From positions 130,946,001 through 131,010,000 of the forward strand of contig CM059431.1 of assembly GCA_030390025.1 (NCBI GenBank): 64,000 nt of DNA, written 5' to 3'. Origin of the DNA: Squalus acanthias. Taxonomy: Eukaryota. Made by a program: the position numbers and the translations under genes. The notes under the pieces were generated by a model, which was not told the DNA's origin, searched no databases, and saw nothing but the letters and a program-made list of their open reading frames with translations. Positions 1 through 13,693 of the stretch are shown here, one piece after another. How positions within the stretch are numbered: position 1 is the first letter of the stretch; each line of letters opens with the position of its first letter.

Positions 1-1241
1 GCAAGTGACTGCAGTCTGGTCTGCCAGAGATAGCAGTCAGCAGGGATATACTTGAGATAGAGGTTCTCAGGTCCCAACCCTATCTGTCGTGATACATGGA
101 TCCTTCTACAGTGCACAAACCAATAAGGCATCGGACGTGTTTCTGATGCTGTTCGAGCGTGAGAGGTTGGCCCTCTAAATTGGACTTCTTTGCACCTGCT
201 TTCTGCCTGGAAAATGGATGAAAGGAGGTCCAATTTCACCCCCCCTAAAGTCAATTAAATGACAGGGCACATGTAACAATAGCACTGTGTTACCTGGTTG
301 AAAGGTAACAAGAGATGAGTTATCTAGAACTTGGTATCCCTTAATCAAGATGTCAAAATCTGAAAAGGATTAATAATAAAGAGCGTAGGGATCCAGATAT
401 TCTAGTGATTCATGGGCCTGAACAGTAGCCAGCCAAAGAAATTCACACTACTTTGTATATTAATTAATCAAAGTTACCTTTAATGACTTAACATTGCACA
501 CAGCATTAAAACTGTTTACACAAGCATGAAGACAGCCTCAAGCATTACAATCAACCTTTAAACCATGGAATCAGCGTCAAGGCAGCAGAGTGATCAGCTG
601 AGCTCTCACCTGGTACTTGACTCTTCTTCTCGTGGGACGTCCCCCTCGAGACAGAGCTTTGTTAGGCTCTCGTCAATTGCATTTCTGGACCTGCCACAAT
701 GATTTTCACAGTAGACAGTGAACAACTTGTTTACTTAATACTTTTAATTGGTGTAAGATTTCCTGGCAGTCTTAACAATGTCAGACTGTCAACTGGTTAT
801 AGTTGAAGTGCAACACAAAAAAGTGTCTGTAATATATGATATAAATCTGCTAAAATATGTAGTCTATGTTTTTATTATATGGTTCTTGGTAGTTGGGGCA
901 TGAGTAAAAGTTAAGGGAGAGTCCCATTTTGTCCAATCACCCCACCCCCGCCAGTTGCCAGGCCTCAATAGTTAACAGGCCTCAATGATGGACAGTTGTC
1001 TGTTTGCATTTAGCTTCTTCATGATGTTAAAACCAAATGCAATTATCTCACTTGGTTTTATGGATGATAGGAATGTGTAGGCCTCATCTTATCTGGGTGC
1101 AGACCCTCTCAGTGCCTTTCATCTCTTCTCCTCCCTTCCCCTTCTCAAGATGTTGACTCTGTGGTGGAGTACATTTCCACAGGTGCCAGGTACCCTCTAG
1201 TCCATTGTCCAAGGATATTTTAGTGTGGCCTTTGACAGTAA

Positions 1242-2114
1242 GGCCGGAATTTTGCCAGCGCTCAGAGTGCGAGTTTGGAGGCGGGACCGCTGTCAAAATC
1301 GCAAAGATTGACAGCAGGTAGGAAACCTGCTGTCAACCCGCCTCCAATCAATCTTCCCAAGTGTCGGGTCCCCAATTTGCGCATGGACCCGACACCTAGC
1401 GGCGGGAAGAGGATTAAAACCACTTAACTGCCTGTTAACAGGTACTTGATAGTTGTTAACAGGCTCTTTTTCAATTTTGCCACTTCTGCCTCGGGTTTCC
1501 CGATGACCGGACACCACGCCAGGTAAGTGTGGCGTGTTGTGAGTCTGCTGTAGTGTTTCTGCATTGATGACAGCTGCAGAAGTGGTGTGAAGGATCCAAT
1601 GGTGCACTGGTGAGTTTCAGAGGTAAGAAAATGTTGGGAAAATCAATTTTAATGCATTTACACTTTTCCGAAGGTAACAAGTTTTGAATTGGATGTCTAG
1701 TCCCACCTCATTGGGAGAACCTCTCTCACCAGTGACAGATCGCTGCTATCACCTCACCTGCAGCTGCCATCTGTTCTAGCCTATGGAGGGAGTCACTGGA
1801 GAGCCTGGGTGCAAGAGCTCACCTTTGTACAGTGATTGTCAGTGTCTGCAGCACCTCAATACTGTCAAACAGAGAAATGAGCTGTCAAAAAAAAATTGTG
1901 CGTGGTCCCTTTAAGAAAACAGGCAGATGACGCGTCATCAAATGATGTCATCTGACTGGCTTCCTCTTAATTGGCTGGCAAGCCCGCAGGGCGGGCTTAA
2001 CAAGATCAATCAAGGGAAAATCACGTCCGTGGGCCGGATGCAGTTGGGGCAGGACTGGAACCCGTAAACCAGCTGACCCGCTCCCAAGCCGCATCCATTT
2101 ACAAAATCACGGCC
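1242..2114. mobile_element. Non-autonomous PIF/Harbinger-type element (MITE)
   Basis: Imperfect TIRs ggccggaatttt / aaaatcacggcc, flanks taa/aaa. Both ends resemble (inverted) the ends of the coding Harbinger at 17240-25931. Confidence 0.75.
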
Positions 2115-4621
2115 AAAGTGTTGGCACGCCATTTTACTACAGGGGACTGAGCCCTATACCATTTTTAACTGACATCCACACATGTACATATGCAACTGGG
2201 GTCACTGGGTCGGAATCAGGAGCAGGAATCCAGGCCAATTTCCGAATTCCGAGGGAGGGACTGAGGCTTATTGTTGTGCTTCTACTGCTGCCCAGCATGA
2301 AATCAGTTAACTCAGAAAAGACGGATTGAACTTAGGACCCCCCTGATCTGTAAAGCTGTGCCAGTCGTCGGATAAAGCCTTTGGGAAACCAATGTTTAAT
2401 GTTTGCAATTGGCTCAAATGTTTTTCAAGAGGAGCCACAAACAACGCTGCCCTGCCACCACCACCACCTTTCCAGTGAGTCTACAGTAAGGATTACTGGA
2501 TGACCTCATTTCAAAGTAACATACATTTGAACACCGGTACATTATATCTTTTTATATTGTAGCGATTTTGACAGGCATTTTTGGTTCTTTCTTACATTTG
2601 ACTTTAATATTGTGGAAGTGTTTTCATCTCAGTAGTAATAGATGTTGCTACTGCCAAGATCCATTTAGATATATGTACAAACTGAAGGTTAATCCAGCAT
2701 TTGAAAGAGCTGTATGAGTAAATCCAGTATTGATAGTGGAATCATTAATATTATTCTACCACTGAAAATTTGGAAAATAAATTTCTATATTTTCAAATAA
2801 ATAATTACAAGCTTAGAATTACTCCTGCTATTTTTCAGGGCCACAATTTTAAACCACCTCCCATCTGACCCATTATACCAGACTCACTATCCTGTCCACT
2901 GATCTAAATGATGTTGAACAGAAGCTGGACCTTCTCTACTGGAATGTCAGTTCCATAATCCTTTAAATCTAGAAAACTCACAACGAATGAGCATACCTTA
3001 CAGTCTTTACTTGTTAATCCAGATGACACCATGCATGTATCTTCGATAAATAAGGGTGTTGGACCAGCAAATTCAAATTGGTCACTGAAACTTAAATAAC
3101 CAAACATAAACAACAGTGTTAATGACCTGCTATTTAACACTTTAATGAACATTAAAGCACTTGAACAATTTAACACTATACAGTAATTTTAAACAATTTA
3201 ACTTTACACTAACACATTTTAACTTAATACTATAATACTTTAACTATAGTTGTAATTTTAACTGCTATTGACAGTCCTGCAGTGCTCTTGCTTGAGTTAT
3301 GGGTTGTCGTCTGCCTCTCTCAGTTCTGCATAACTTGGCGAAATTCTGGATGAAGTCTTTTGATAGAGCTTTTATTGCGCATGGAAGTATGTTCTGGGTT
3401 TTGCACTATGAACTTCTACACGTTTAGGACATTGGCTGCAGACATAACTGGCAGTTCACTGGAATTGTCATTGCTGATCTTTGTGAGTGGCAGCTGTGCC
3501 AGTGGATGCAGGGGCTTCAGGCTAGGCACAATATGCACAATCTGGTTGTCCAGGCAGCAGCTCCTCACAGGAGACGCATCACAGTTGAGAAAATCTTTTT
3601 CAGAGTTGTCAAAGCAATGAATTAAATCTACTTGATTGTCCAGAAAAAAAACCAATTAAAAATGTACCCTCATAAAGAATGAGAGTACATTATTGCATGT
3701 ACAATCAAGTTAATTTCCCCCCATCCCCCCCAAAAAAATTAAGCAATACAGCTCCTTTATACAACTGCATCCGTTCAAGCCATTGTTTTGATTTTATAGC
3801 AAGTTAATATTTTTGATCCTGGCATCTCTGTTTGCCAGGCAGCTGGTACTGGCAGCTGTTTGGGAGACCCTGGAGAGAAAGGATTCACCTGGAACTGTCA
3901 GGTGGCTGACAAGAAAAAATTGTTCCATTTGTGGTGGTCTAATAGATATATATGTATGTTCCCAGGTGCTCCAGTGGGTTTGATGCATCTGAGCTCTTTG
4001 GTAGTCTGGATAGGCTTTCCTTCACTCACTAGCTAACATTTTTAATGGAATCTAGAGGAAGATAATCCCGAATAAAAATAATGTTTTTTTGGTGCAGTGA
4101 CCCACAGAACACTTCAATACTGTGCTTTGCACTCACCTCACACGATTACTACCACCCTCAGGCTGTACATAACTGAGATAACTCCCCAGTGTTGCAGCAA
4201 TATCTTTGCACCATTTGCATGAAATTCATATGAAAATCTGTCTTGTGTGACATGTCAGAAGACAGAGATAAAAATTCAGCCATCAATTTGTTGGTGACAA
4301 ACTTTGTTGATGCAGTGGCATGTAGGGAGGGGGATTAATCATTAAATACTAAAGGCTGCAGAATATATTGACAAATTCTTCAATCTGGATAAACTATGCA
4401 TTAAAAACATTTATGGATTGTTTTCTTGCAGCATGGAAGACCCAGCCTGACCTGATATCATTTAGGAATGTTTCCTTGAGAAAAAACAAAAATAATAAAA
4501 TAAAATGATAAAATCATTGAAAAAAATTGTGACTATTTTAGAATTATAATATCTTGGTAGTAGCAGTGGTTAGAGGTAAGTATTGTTTTCTAATGCCATG
4601 TGTAATATGGAAGCAGATTAT

Positions 4622-4930
4622 GGCCCAGATTTTCCGGGTTTCAGCTTGACAGATTGTACGAATGTGCAGGAAATGGACATTGGCTGGTGCAGAGTTGGGC
4701 TATTTGCCCAACTATTGCCCAGCGAATGCCCACGAATCTCTTACGCCTGGTAAAAGCAGGCGTAAGGCCTTTTACCAGTGTAATTGTTTAAATAAACATT
4801 AAAATAATTTTTTTTAATGATTTAAACATTCAAAAACCTTTAAAATTAGTTTAGGTTATTTTTGGCCCCTTCAAAAATGTTTACATTTATTTTTCAAAAA
4901 ATTAAATTTTTGTTTTAAATATTTAATTAA
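4622..4930. mobile_element. Harbinger-like MITE end (host of the L2 insertion)
   Basis: Begins ggcccagattttcc like other Harbinger TIRs in the window, followed by an AT-rich interior resembling 21243-21986. Confidence 0.45.
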
Positions 4931-6340
4931 CAACAACAACAACAACTTGTATTTTTTTAGCACCTTTAACGTAGTAAAACGTCCCAAGGCGCTGCACAGG
5001 TGTATTTTAAGACAAAAAATTTGACACCGAGCCACATAAGGAGAAATTAGGGCAGGTGACCAAAAGCTTGGTCAAAGAGGTAGGTTTTATGGAGCGTCTT
5101 CAAGAGGAATGAGAGGTAGCGAGGCGGAGTGGTTTAGGCAGGGAATTCCAGAGCTTAGGGCCTAGGCAACAGAAGGCACGGCCACCAATGGTTGAGCGAT
5201 TATAATCAGGGATGCTCAAGAGGGCAGAATTAGAGGAGCGCAGATATCTCAAGGGGGTTGTGGGGCTGAAGAAGATTACAGAGATAGGAAGGGGCGAGGC
5301 AATGAAGGGATTTGAAAACAAGGATGAGAATTTTGAAATCGAGGCACTGCTTAACCAGGAGCCAATGTCTTCTCTTCTTAGGCAGTCCCTCGGAACCAAA
5401 GATGGCTTGCTTCCACATTAAAAATTAGTTCTCAGGTGACTGATGAGTCCAATGCGGGACCTACAGTCTCTGTCACAGGTGGGGCAGACGGTGGTTGAAG
5501 GGGCGGGTGGGTGGGGTGCTTGGGTTGACGAGCGCTCCTTCCGCTGTTTGTGCTTGACTTCCGCTTGCTCCCGGCGAAGAGACTCGAGGTATTCGGCGCC
5601 TTCCCGGATGCTTCTCCTCCACTTTGTACGGTCTTGGGCCAGGGATTCCCAGGTGTCGGTGGGGATGTTGCACTTTTTCAAGGAGGCTTTGAGGGTGTCC
5701 TTGAAGCATTTCCTCTGCCCACCTGGGGCTCTCTTGCCGTGTCGGAGCTCCGAGTAGAGCGCTTGTTTTGGGACTCTCGTATCGGGCATGCGGACGATGT
5801 GACCCGTCCATCGGAGCTGATCGAGCGTGGTCAAAGCTTCGATGCTGGGGATGTTGGCCTGAGCGAGAACACTGACGTTGGTGTGCCTATCCTGCCAATG
5901 GATTTGCAGGATCTTGCGGAGGCAGCGTTGGTGGTACCTCTCCAGTGCTTTGAGGTGCCTGCTGTACATGGTCCATGTCTCTGAAGCATACAGGAGGGCG
6001 GGTATTACTACTGCTCTGTAGACCAGGAGCCAATGTAGGTCAGCGAGCACAGGGGAGATGGGCGAACGGGACCTGGTGCGAGTTAGGACACGGGCAGCCG
6101 AGTTTTGGATGACCTCAAGTTTACGTAGGGTGGAATGTGGGAGGCCAGCCAGATTTTTGTTGGAATAGTCAAGTCTAGAGGTAACAAAGGCATGGATGAG
6201 TTTTTCAGCAGCGGATGAGCTGAGGCAAGGGTGGAGACGGGCAATGTTACGGAGGTGGAAATAGGCGGTCTTTGTTATGCTGAGGATATGTGGTCGGAAG
6301 CTCATTTCAGGGTCAAATATGACACCAAGGTTGCGAACAG
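4931..6340 (-). mobile_element. L2-clade LINE 3' fragment, split by an RTE insertion
   Basis: (CAA)n tail at 4931. Translation VRNLGVIFD...HAFVTSRLDYSN...LHWL / GGRAFCCLGPKLWNSLP is typical of the L2 ORF2 C-terminus. Similar to 55496-56045. Confidence 0.85.
5369..6021 (-). mobile_element. RTE-clade LINE, 5'-truncated, with 15-bp TSD
   Basis: VYRAVVIPALLYASETW...LRWTGHIVRM...C2H2-like CPTC..HLRT. TSD accaggagccaatgt at 5354-5368 and 6022-6036; short (AAG)-like tail. Confidence 0.9.
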
Positions 6341-6511
6341 TAAAATACAATTATAATGTATTTTAATTAATTATGAACATGTGATGATTTATTTTTATTT
6401 AAGTGGTGTGTAAGTGTGTTTTAGGGGATTCCTATTATGCTTATAGGGATTCCGTATGTAAAGGAGGTGGAGTGGGTACTTCAAAGGGGAAGATGTAAGG
6501 GTAATGAGGGT

Positions 6512-6728
6512 AGCTACCACAGAAGGTAGTTGAGGCCAAGTCATTAAATATATTCAAGAATGAGTTAGATATATTTCTTAAAGCTAAAGGTATCACGGGA
6601 TATGGGGAGAAGGCAGGTACAGGGTACTGAGTTTGGATGATCAGCCATGATCTCATCGAATGGCTGATCATCCAAGGCTCGAGGGGCCGAATGGCCTACT
6701 CCTGCTCCTATCTTCTATGTTTCTATGA
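6512..6728 (+). mobile_element. CR1 LINE 3' end
   Basis: Near-identical to the CR1 3' end at 22525-22731; ttctatg tail. Confidence 0.85.
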
Positions 6729-7399
6729 TAGCATGAGGAAGAGATAGTGGAAAGGTGAAGGGGTAGGGAATGCAATGGGAGTGAGCGGTGAGGGAAGTAT
6801 GAGTGATTGTGCAGGGGATGAGAAAGAAGCCCCTGAGGGCCTCATTTTCTCCACAGCCTCCATCACAAATTCAACCTACAGCCATTGGTTTCTCAGCACA
6901 CCACACTGTGCTATCCACCACCTCCCACTCAAAAAGACAAAAAATAGAAAAGAACAAAAGACAGAGAGAGAAGCAGAAGAAGATAAAGGTAGAAGCAAAA
7001 AGAAGAGTTAGGGAGAGAGAATCTAAAGAGAAAGAGAGAGACAGAAGTAGGTGAGGAGTGATAAAGCAAGAAGGCAGCACAGCGAGGTAAGTGAGAAACC
7101 ATGGGGGTAATTACCAAATGCCTGGGAAGTAATGTGACAGAGCAGATTTCCCACCTGTTACAGAACTCGTTGGATTTTCGGTCAAGTTCTGTGCTGGCTG
7201 GACGATGCTCTCGCCACATTACAGCCCAGATGGTGAAGTTGAAAATTACCTGCCATATAATTTGTGCAGTTTGTAGGGTTGTATTTTTGACATGTTTATA
7301 TTGTGTTGTTTATGAAATTACAATATTTAGCATTTAAACAAATGTACTTAAAAAGTACACCAACACATAACTAGCCATATTGTGAATTATTTCTGGACT

Positions 7400-7601
7400 G
7401 CACTGTCTGAAAGGGTAATGGAAGCAGATTCAATAATAACTGTCAAAAAGGAATTGGATAAATATTTGTTGGGGAAAAATTTGCAGGGCTATGGGGAAAG
7501 AGCAGGAGAGTGGGACTAATTGGATAGATCTTTCGAAAAACCTACACAAGCATGATGGGCCAAATGGCCTCCTGTGCTATGATTCTATGATTCTATGATT
7601 C
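7400..7601 (+). mobile_element. CR1 LINE 3' end (older)
   Basis: CR1 3'UTR motif gatgggccaaatggcctcc followed by an (attctatg)n tail. Confidence 0.75.
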
Positions 7602-8198
7602 CAATGTAAACTTGGTTGAAATTCTGTTGGCTGTGATTTTGAAGGAAAGAAGCTTTTCATTTCAACGGAAATTTTCAGACATTTGCCACTGGCCAAAATT
7701 CCATGTCACTTGTATGTGTTCCATTCAGCCAAAAAAACTAGCATCATCACTTCTTGTTAATTTTGTAATGTTCTCCTGACTATTTCTGTCCCAGCAGAGC
7801 TAGCTAATAAATGAAATCCCTACTGCTTCTTTGCCAGTAATATTGGTTTGTCCATAGCAGACTAAAACTTGCATTGCCATGTAATACAATCAATAACACA
7901 AAAAATAGTCTATCATTTTCTTTATAATTAATTTGTCTACATGAGCATTGTCATTTGGAATGACTGAACAGCACTGTAGATCACTGGTGTACCTAATAAA
8001 AACAAATTAAGCAATATTGAATGAGCCTGCTTGAGTCCCTTGGTAAATGAGAAACAAGTGCTTTCTCCATTTACACGTTTGCTGGAAGCAAGATCACATA
8101 GTCCCTCTCAAGGAATTTCTATCATCACTGTTCTTTGCAGCCAACTCTATTCATATGAACTAGAATCAAGGCAAACTAAATTACAAGTCTGACACATT

Positions 8199-8912
8199 GG
8201 CCCCGATATTTGTGGGGAGGGAGCAGAGGAGTGCGTTAGCAGCAGGGGAGACCCAGAAATCCCAGGAATGTGGAGGTCTTGCTGAATTTAACAACAGGAC
8301 CTCATTATCATTTTTTTACTCTGTTTCATGCCCAACAGCCGGCCAGATTGACAGGCTGCCAGGTAGCAAAGCCAGCAGCAGATGGCCGCAGCCGGGGACT
8401 GTTGGAGATAGTTCCCCGGCAACCGGTAAAGATGGGGGCGGGGGGCGGACCGGCAATCGGGAGGGAGAGTGGGAGTGAGAGACTGCGGGGAAGAAGGCTC
8501 GGGATTGCTGGTTTGGAGGAGGGGCTGTCGGCTGATCGCAACAGAAGATTTGCTTGAGGGGCTGAGTGGGGAGCACACCTGCTCCTCCCGGCTCACAAGC
8601 AGTGCTATAAAAAGCACTTACCTGCTTGATCTGGCTGCTCCTATCTCCATTAGCTGCCGGGTTTCCCGACCCCTGGGTAACCCAGCCGGCCAGTGTTGAA
8701 TTTAAATCAGGCTCCCAACTGCATTGTGGGAGCCAGATTTAAATATTATAATGAGAGCGGGGCACAGATATGCCACGCAACCTGCTACAGTAAAAATGGC
8801 GGCAGGCGTGTACACAGCGGTTTGGATTCTTGTTACCCATTTTTTAATTTCTAACCCCATCCTCCCTGACCCTCTCTCACCCGTCATGGTGGGGTTAAAA
8901 TTCCTCCCCCCC
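8199..8912. mobile_element. Harbinger-like MITE
   Basis: GC-rich island bounded by ggccccgatattt / aaaattcctccc; internal similarity to 57140-57604. Confidence 0.55.
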
Positions 8913-8971
8913 CAATTAAATCTGTTTAATTCTTTCAGGTAGACATTTGTTTATCATAAAAAGAAAAAATT

Positions 8972-9216
8972 TAAAGAATTGTATTCATATAGGACCTTAT
9001 TGTGTCTGTCAGAAGTATCTCAAAACATTGCAGTGATTGTTGATAAATAGACAAAGGCAGCAGCCATTTTGCGCACAGAAAAATCCCACAAGTGAGATGA
9101 ATGACTGGTTTCTCTGCTTTTGGTGGTGTTGGTGAGTGAGGAATTTTGGCTAGGATACCAGGAAAATGTACTGCTCTGCTTTGAATAGTAACATAGGACC
9201 TTTCACATCCACCTGG
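8972..9216 (-). mobile_element. Deu-domain SINE fragment
   Basis: Aligns by eye to the 3' half of the complete SINE at 62890-63322. Confidence 0.6.
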
Positions 9217-10124
9217 ATCACAGTGTAATAAATTGGATTTTGCCTAGATTGCCTGAGCTGAATTTTTTAACTCGTTATTTCTGTAATGCTAGATTTAGCA
9301 TTTGTGTCAACAATAAGCCTGCAGCATGGAATTAGTTTCAACAACAGTGACTTGAAGTGTTATGGACCAATTCAATCGGAGGATTGTTTCAAGTCCAATG
9401 TCAAATATTCCATACTATTGTGAGAAGATCACTCCTGGAGACACCCGAGAGTCCAGGTGTCAATCTCTTCCATCAACAGAGTGGGGGGGGGGCTTTGCTT
9501 GGCCAGACATGTGAGAGCCTCCTGCTGTTGCTTCAAAGAGTAGGTGTTACCTTTGGGGTTGATAGCTTAGTGGGTCGAGCAACACCCCTCGCAACCATCT
9601 CACAGGCTTAAGGCAGGTCCTGCTCCCTCAGTCACTGAGACACATGGTGATCTGTGTTCTCACTGTGTTGTAAAACTCTGAACCAGCCTAACTTTGTAAG
9701 ATTAAGCAAGCAAAAGGATCCCCATGTTTATAGAGTTACTAAGTTTCATATTTCTCCTAACAGAACAGTGTAGGAAAATGGATTGTTTGCACAGTGAAAA
9801 CTGTTCATTGTTTATTCATGTATTTTATATAAATAAACCATTTGATGGTTTGAAGCCTCATTCGGCAAGATGCTATTTCAGTCCATCTTCCATAAAGAGA
9901 TACATTTCAGTAGCTGTGATGCAGAGCAAGGGTTCTCTGTCATGATTCCTGGGTCATGTGATTGTTTATCTAGATAGTGGCAGAAAATATGAGCACTCTG
10001 GATTGTGTGGGCCACGAGTCTGCTTCCAGGGGTGATTGGTGACGCTGGATTTGAGCAAATATCTAGTGCAAAAACACAACAACTGTGACACATAGGAACA
10101 GGCAAATAGAGTCACAGTTTCATG

Positions 10125-10571
10125 TATTTGAATTCAGCTTCCCAAGTATTGTTCCTAACCATATTCATCCAACGCCATATTGGCGATATTCAGGCATCCC
10201 TGGCGGCTGCCTAAAACAGGCGTTAAGCCCCTTGCATATGTTAATGAGGGGCCTAAAGCCTGTTTAAGCACCTTTCTTGGAAATCTGTCAGCACTGAGTG
10301 GGCCTGCTCCCCTCTGTTTCTTGGTCTACCAGTCTCAGCGAGGTAGCTCGCACAAATTGGTGCTCTGGGGTCCGGCGAGCTGCTTCAAGACACTTGATTA
10401 GCATCTTCAGCTCACCGAAAATGTTATTGCAACATTTAAATCAGATTGATTTTGAACGATGAGGCTCGAGTTGCAATTTCAGTCGAGCCTCGGGCCTCCG
10501 GATTCTGGTGCATGCTCCAAGCTCGCTAACCATTCTGTGCCCGAAAACGTACTAAAACCAATTTCTCCCCC
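10125..10571. mobile_element. Harbinger-like MITE
   Basis: Ends in aatttctccccc as other MITE TIRs here; partial similarity to 45065-45832. Confidence 0.45.
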
Positions 10572-11558
10572 AATGTCTTGCTCACTGTAGTAGTATGTGA
10601 TATAATAAAGAGAAGCTACAGTGCACTTTTGATTGTCCAAAGTCAAATTCTGATTCAGATGTCAGGTTCTCTTGATTGTATCAGTGCTCTGAGTCCAAAG
10701 ATTGGATTATTAGAAATCGGAAGTATGTGGCTTTGACCATCTAAAGCGATATGACAAAAGCTCAACTTCTGCAATTTTTACTCAGGTTTACAAGTTATTA
10801 GGGTTGTACATTTTGTTTGAACAGCATTTACAGAAATGTACAGAGCTATAATGATTCTGATGGCATGTTGATACAGCATATTTTGTGGACACGGGTGTAT
10901 GTACAAGACACATGAATTACAGCACCTATACTTGGAATGGAAAGTTAACACAAGGTCCCTGATCCAGACCTTCCTCCAGCATTACAGCTTTAATTTCAAA
11001 TTTCCCTGCAACGATCTCAATCTTCTGTTGAAGGAAAGAGAAACTGAATGAAAGTGGTTAGACTTGTTCAAAGCCTTGCTCTGTTGTTATCAGTGCAGCT
11101 GACTCATTTAATTATATTTGTATTGACTAATATGAAACCTTTTCTTCAGCTGCCCTGATTTAATTGGTATGTCAATATTGGTGTAATTTAATCAGAGTAT
11201 TGAATTTGGAGTTATTCATTATGATGGATAATTATACATAACTGGTTCTTTTGGCAGGGGATGAAATTTTATGCAGGTTACTAATTCTTTTCAGCTGATG
11301 CTGTTGCCAGGACCAATTTTTCTTTTCATTCTCCTGTAAATCACTGTATTTGACCATGACTTGGTTCCAGTTTGAAAGTTGACATCTTTTCTTTTGTGTC
11401 GCATTGCCTGGAGTTTAGAAACTGGCCTGGATAGTCAGAGTGAGGGACGAGGTGTGGCGGGCCCTGAGCTCTGTATATTTAGACCGACACACACAGTATC
11501 ATTTTACCTTAACTGATGAAGCAATGCATCATTCTCTGTTTCTTATTTGCTTCGGCAG

Positions 11559-11728
11559 GGCTGCCTGACAAGAAAAATAGACATGGTTTCGCTCTGGATG
11601 ATGTCGATACAACCACGCGGACAGAAGATGGCAGCTATTCAAATAAACCTGGCGCAGGAGCCATGGTCTCAAGTGGAAATGTAATGGTTACTCTGATAAA
11701 TTTGGTGGCTTTGATTCTTTTTTGGTAA
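11559..11728 (+). CDS. GPC5: Glypican-5, terminal coding exon (GPI-anchor signal)
   Basis: Pyrimidine tract plus cag acceptor ending at 11558 (phase 1). The peptide GLPDKKNRHGFALDDVDTTTRTEDGSYSNKPGAGAMVSSGNVMVTLINLVALILFW* parallels the recalled human GPC5 C-terminus (GMPDD...DVKQIHQTDTGSTLDTTGAGCAVATESMTFTLISVVMLLPGIW), with small residues followed by a hydrophobic tail. Confidence 0.8.
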
Positions 11729-13693
11729 ATTCACATCTTTCCATTTTTGCCTTATGCCTTTTAGTTGAATACTGGATAAACAGCAGTGATGCAAAGAATA
11801 TTTAACACTTTAATGGCAATGATGTATGCTTTAAAAAATACTTTCTGTTTTGATTATTTTAGTTTATTCAGAGTGTGCTGCAAATGAAGATATGTTAGTT
11901 CTATGTATTTTTATAACAGTGCTTTACAATATTCAGCTTAACAGAGCTTTTTTCCATAATTGTTGCTGTAGTGCATAGAAAATGTGGGACACACTTCTGC
12001 TCAAAATAACTGAAACATAATGTGCATGTTTTTCACTATATCATCTTCTTCACCCTTGTGCCCCTAATCTACTAGGAACAATTGGGCAGTTTTAAGTCCA
12101 GAGCTGTTCCACTTTTCCTCAGGGTCATTCCGCACCCTTATCACTGTTTACTCACGCCCACACCCCAGTCTTTTCTCCTCCTTTCCTTTGCTCACTTGGT
12201 GCTCTTCTCCTTTGATTTGCCTCTAGCATTTCAATTGTACCCTGCTGCATTAGCAGCTTTTGATCTGTGGCCTCTGCTACTCTGAGTCCTTGGCCTCAGA
12301 TTAGCTTTGTTTTTCTGTGTAAGGCAGAGCCCTCCCAGACACTCCAGCAACACAAGTCCAAGTGGATATGGGGCATACTGCCTCACTTGGGAAGCTAATC
12401 CAATGCTAGTGACAAATAGAGTGCAGAAGTTTGTGAATCAAAGGCCAGAGATGCAAGAAATCATGACTTAAAAGTCAAAGGAGACAGAAGAGGATGACTC
12501 AGTGGCTAAGAATGTGATGGTGCAAGCCCTGGCCTGTAAATATGGAAATGGACTTATTATCAGGAATAACAATTCAAATTATGATATACCTTTTGGTTCT
12601 TCAGCAGGGGTGGGCAAGGGAGGGTGTCATTCTCCAGATTCTAGCCATCCCATTCATTGTAATCTGGAAGGAAGCTTGGGTAAGAATGTTTCTCAGTCAT
12701 GGAATAATCTGCCAAAGGCTAGATTTTACAAATGAGTGCTCCCAGTGTGGAGCTTTGTACACTGGAAGCAGATAGTGAGAATTTGGGTGTCAAGATCCAT
12801 TAAAATGAATGGACGTAAAGTCCCATGGGATGTGCTGACCTCAGTGGCAGAATTTCTGGTATGTGTTCCTAATACATGGTGCTCAGAAACAGGAATGCAA
12901 CTTTGTAAAATCGAACATGTGGAGTTCATGTTTTCCTCCCATTGGTAAAAATGTAACAAAATATTTCAACACAGTTTTAGCAAGATACAAGGTAAGGCCT
13001 AAAAAAATTACTTTGCCCTTACAAGGGTTATTAATCAAATTCAAATAATTGTGCAGTTTGAAAGCTGCAGAAGAACAAAAGGATTCAAGATTGTGTTCAA
13101 TTAACCCATTCAAATGTTGACACTCCTTTGCATAATCCAGAACACAATGGAGATTTGCATCTGCTTGTTTGGAGTTATATATAATTAAAATAAATTGAAG
13201 CATGCACCGCAAAGAACACTTTTAATAATATTCTGTGGAATAATCTAAATCACAGGTGCAAAAACTCCTTTCTATTCATCTATTACAGATTAAATATCTG
13301 TAATAGACAAACCTATCCACAATTTTTTTTTAAACTTATTTTTGTTTCTTTCAGCTTACATTTTAATATATTCATTATAAAGTTTCACAAAAACTACCAT
13401 AATTATATATACCATAAAATAAATAGATTAAGTTTTGCAGGGCACTGTACCAGAATGATCTAAAATAAAACATTTGAAGTAAATTTTCCTTTTGCAGGAA
13501 TTTTTCACCCTATTTAATCAGCTGTTCCTTCCTTGAATTTATTGAGGTCTTACATTCAGATGTGTCATTGGTCAGATAATGTTCAAAGTGTCTATTGGCA
13601 CGACTGTCAGTCAATGAGTTGGAGGCGGGGCGGGATTTACAGCAGGACTCAGCAAACAGTCTATTTCACAGCAAACAGAGTCTATTTAAAAAG

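Noticed and set aside
11516..11558. ATG start of the 70-aa ORF as a standalone small secreted protein
   Set aside because: The hydrophobic N-terminus is the intronic polypyrimidine tract; the real exon starts after the cag at 11558.
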